This document shows positions 62,742 through 64,000 of a DNA stretch of 64,000 bases, piece by piece (position 1 is the first letter of the stretch; each line of letters begins with the position of its first letter). The DNA comes from Roseibacillus sp. (GTDB lineage Bacteria; Verrucomicrobiota; Verrucomicrobiia; Verrucomicrobiales; Akkermansiaceae). The notes beneath the pieces are model-generated. The model searched no databases. It had not been told where the DNA came from and saw only the letters and a program-made list of their open reading frames with translations. Where the stretch lies: contig CBDEUM010000014.1 in the NCBI GenBank assembly GCA_965242925.1, positions 256,001 through 320,000 on the forward strand, in the 5' to 3' direction. Position numbers and translations under genes: made by a program.

Positions 62742-63452
62742 ATGCCCACTCCCACCCCTCATATTGAAGCCGCTCCCGGGGATTTTGCTCCCACCGTCCT
62801 CATGCCCGGCGACCCCCTGCGGGCCCGCCACATCGCGGAAAGTTTCCTCGAAGAGACCCGACAGGTCAACGGCGTGCGGGGGATGCTGGCCTTCACCGGC
62901 AGCTACCAGGGAAGCGCGATCTCGGTTATGGGGAGTGGGATGGGTATTCCTTCCATCTCCATCTACGCGAGGGAACTGTGGACCGAGTACGGGGTGGAGA
63001 ACATCATCCGGGTGGGGAGCTGTGGCACTTCGCACCAGGGGGTCAAGCTCCGCGACATCCTGATCGGAACCGGAGCGTGTACAGACTCCAAGGTCAACCG
63101 CAACCGCTTCCGGGACCACGACTTCGCGGCCATCGCGGACTTTGAATTGGCCCGTCGAGCGGTGACGGCCGCCGAGCAACTCGAAATCCCGGTCCGCATC
63201 GGCAACCTCTTCTCCGCCGACCTCTTTTACACCCCGGACCCCGACATGTTCGACGTCATGGAGAGAATGGGCGTGCTGGGCATTGAGATGGAAGCAGCGG
63301 GGCTTTACGGCTGTGCCGCCGAGTGCGGAAAGCGGGCCCTTGCCATCTGCACGGTTTCCGACCACATCCGGACCGGCGAAGCCACCACTTCCGAGGAACG
63401 CCAGACGAGCTTCAACGACATGATCCGGGTTGCTCTGGCATCGGTGTCCTGA
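62742..63452 (+). CDS. deoD: Purine nucleoside phosphorylase (DeoD type)
   Basis: [49 protein letters not shown]. Confidence 0.97.
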   Translation: MPTPTPHIEAAPGDFAPTVLMPGDPLRARHIAESFLEETRQVNGVRGMLAFTGSYQGSAISVMGSGMGIPSISIYARELWTEYGVENIIRVGSCGTSHQGVKLRDILIGTGACTDSKVNRNRFRDHDFAAIADFELARRAVTAAEQLEIPVRIGNLFSADLFYTPDPDMFDVMERMGVLGIEMEAAGLYGCAAECGKRALAICTVSDHIRTGEATTSEERQTSFNDMIRVALASVS

Positions 63453-63573
63453 TCCGCGACGAGAGAACCGTCCCGGGGCTTTTCAAACGGTGCTCCGCGT
63501 GATCAATGCTGCGCTTCGAAAAGGTGAAGGCAGGCTGAAACAATCCAACCCCCGAATCATCGCAACAGCCCGA

Positions 63574-63999
63574 TCAAAGCACGTCGGTCAGTTGCTTCAC
63601 CCGCTTGAGCAGGACCTTGCCTCGGCGGTCCCCCTGCGAGGTCGGAATAAACCCGTCTCCCCGATCCGCCAGCAGGGCGCAACGCACCCGGTGGGTTCCG
63701 AACTCAACCTCGGTCACGTCCACCTCGGCACGAAGGAAGACCCCCGGACCAAACCACTCGCCGAATCTCTCCTGACCGACGCCGCCTCCCTTCCGCAGGA
63801 AGGCGAATTTGCCTCCCACACCACTCCCCGGTAACGGCTGAAAGCCGTCCCCTTGAAAGACGAACATGACCGCTTTCTCGATATTGTAGCGCGGGGCGAA
63901 CTCGATCTTCCGGGAGAGAACGCTTCCCGACACGGATCCGCCTCCCCCTCCGGTGGGTCCGCAAGCCGCAAGGAACAGGACCAGCGTCAGGCCAAAGCA
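63574..63999 (-). CDS. Hypothetical lipoprotein, 5'-truncated by window edge
   Basis: Frame open to the window edge: ...CFGLTLVLFLAAC-GPTGGGGGS (lipobox LAAC). Confidence 0.65.
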   Translation of the reverse strand, partial: CFGLTLVLFLAACGPTGGGGGSVSGSVLSRKIEFAPRYNIEKAVMFVFQGDGFQPLPGSGVGGKFAFLRKGGGVGQERFGEWFGPGVFLRAEVDVTEVEFGTHRVRCALLADRGDGFIPTSQGDRRGKVLLKRVKQLTDVL

Positions 64000-64000
64000 G

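Overview
High-GC bacterial chromosomal segment whose gene content (PVC-type CxxCH propeller proteins, DUF1549/1553 + DUF1501 pair, sulfatases, H-X9-DG-type pseudopilin, lamin-tail/CotH protein) points to Verrucomicrobiota (inference). About 47 CDS and one tRNA-Gly(GCC). Housekeeping genes (murI, bioA, accD, folC, cysQ, prmA, kbl, lysC, hom, trpC, rimO, recO, nupC-xapX-deoA-deoB-deoD) alternate with accessory secreted/envelope genes. I saw no CRISPR array, integrase, transposase, reverse transcriptase or prophage. Best leads: (1) a 1509-aa fusion of a PVC-type propeller/cytochrome c module to a dimethylformamidase large-subunit-like domain; (2) a BON+OmpA gene paired with a 991-aa TM/coiled-coil/helix-hairpin-helix protein; (3) a structured leader upstream of lysC; (4) a shared C-terminal domain on two unrelated large secreted proteins; (5) a lipoprotein fusing a pilin-like domain to an ExbD domain; (6) a gammaproteobacterial-style deo operon lacking deoC; (7) a frameshift inside an EAEP tandem repeat. 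All calls rest on motif recognition by eye; no searches or folding computations were run, so novelty is unverified.
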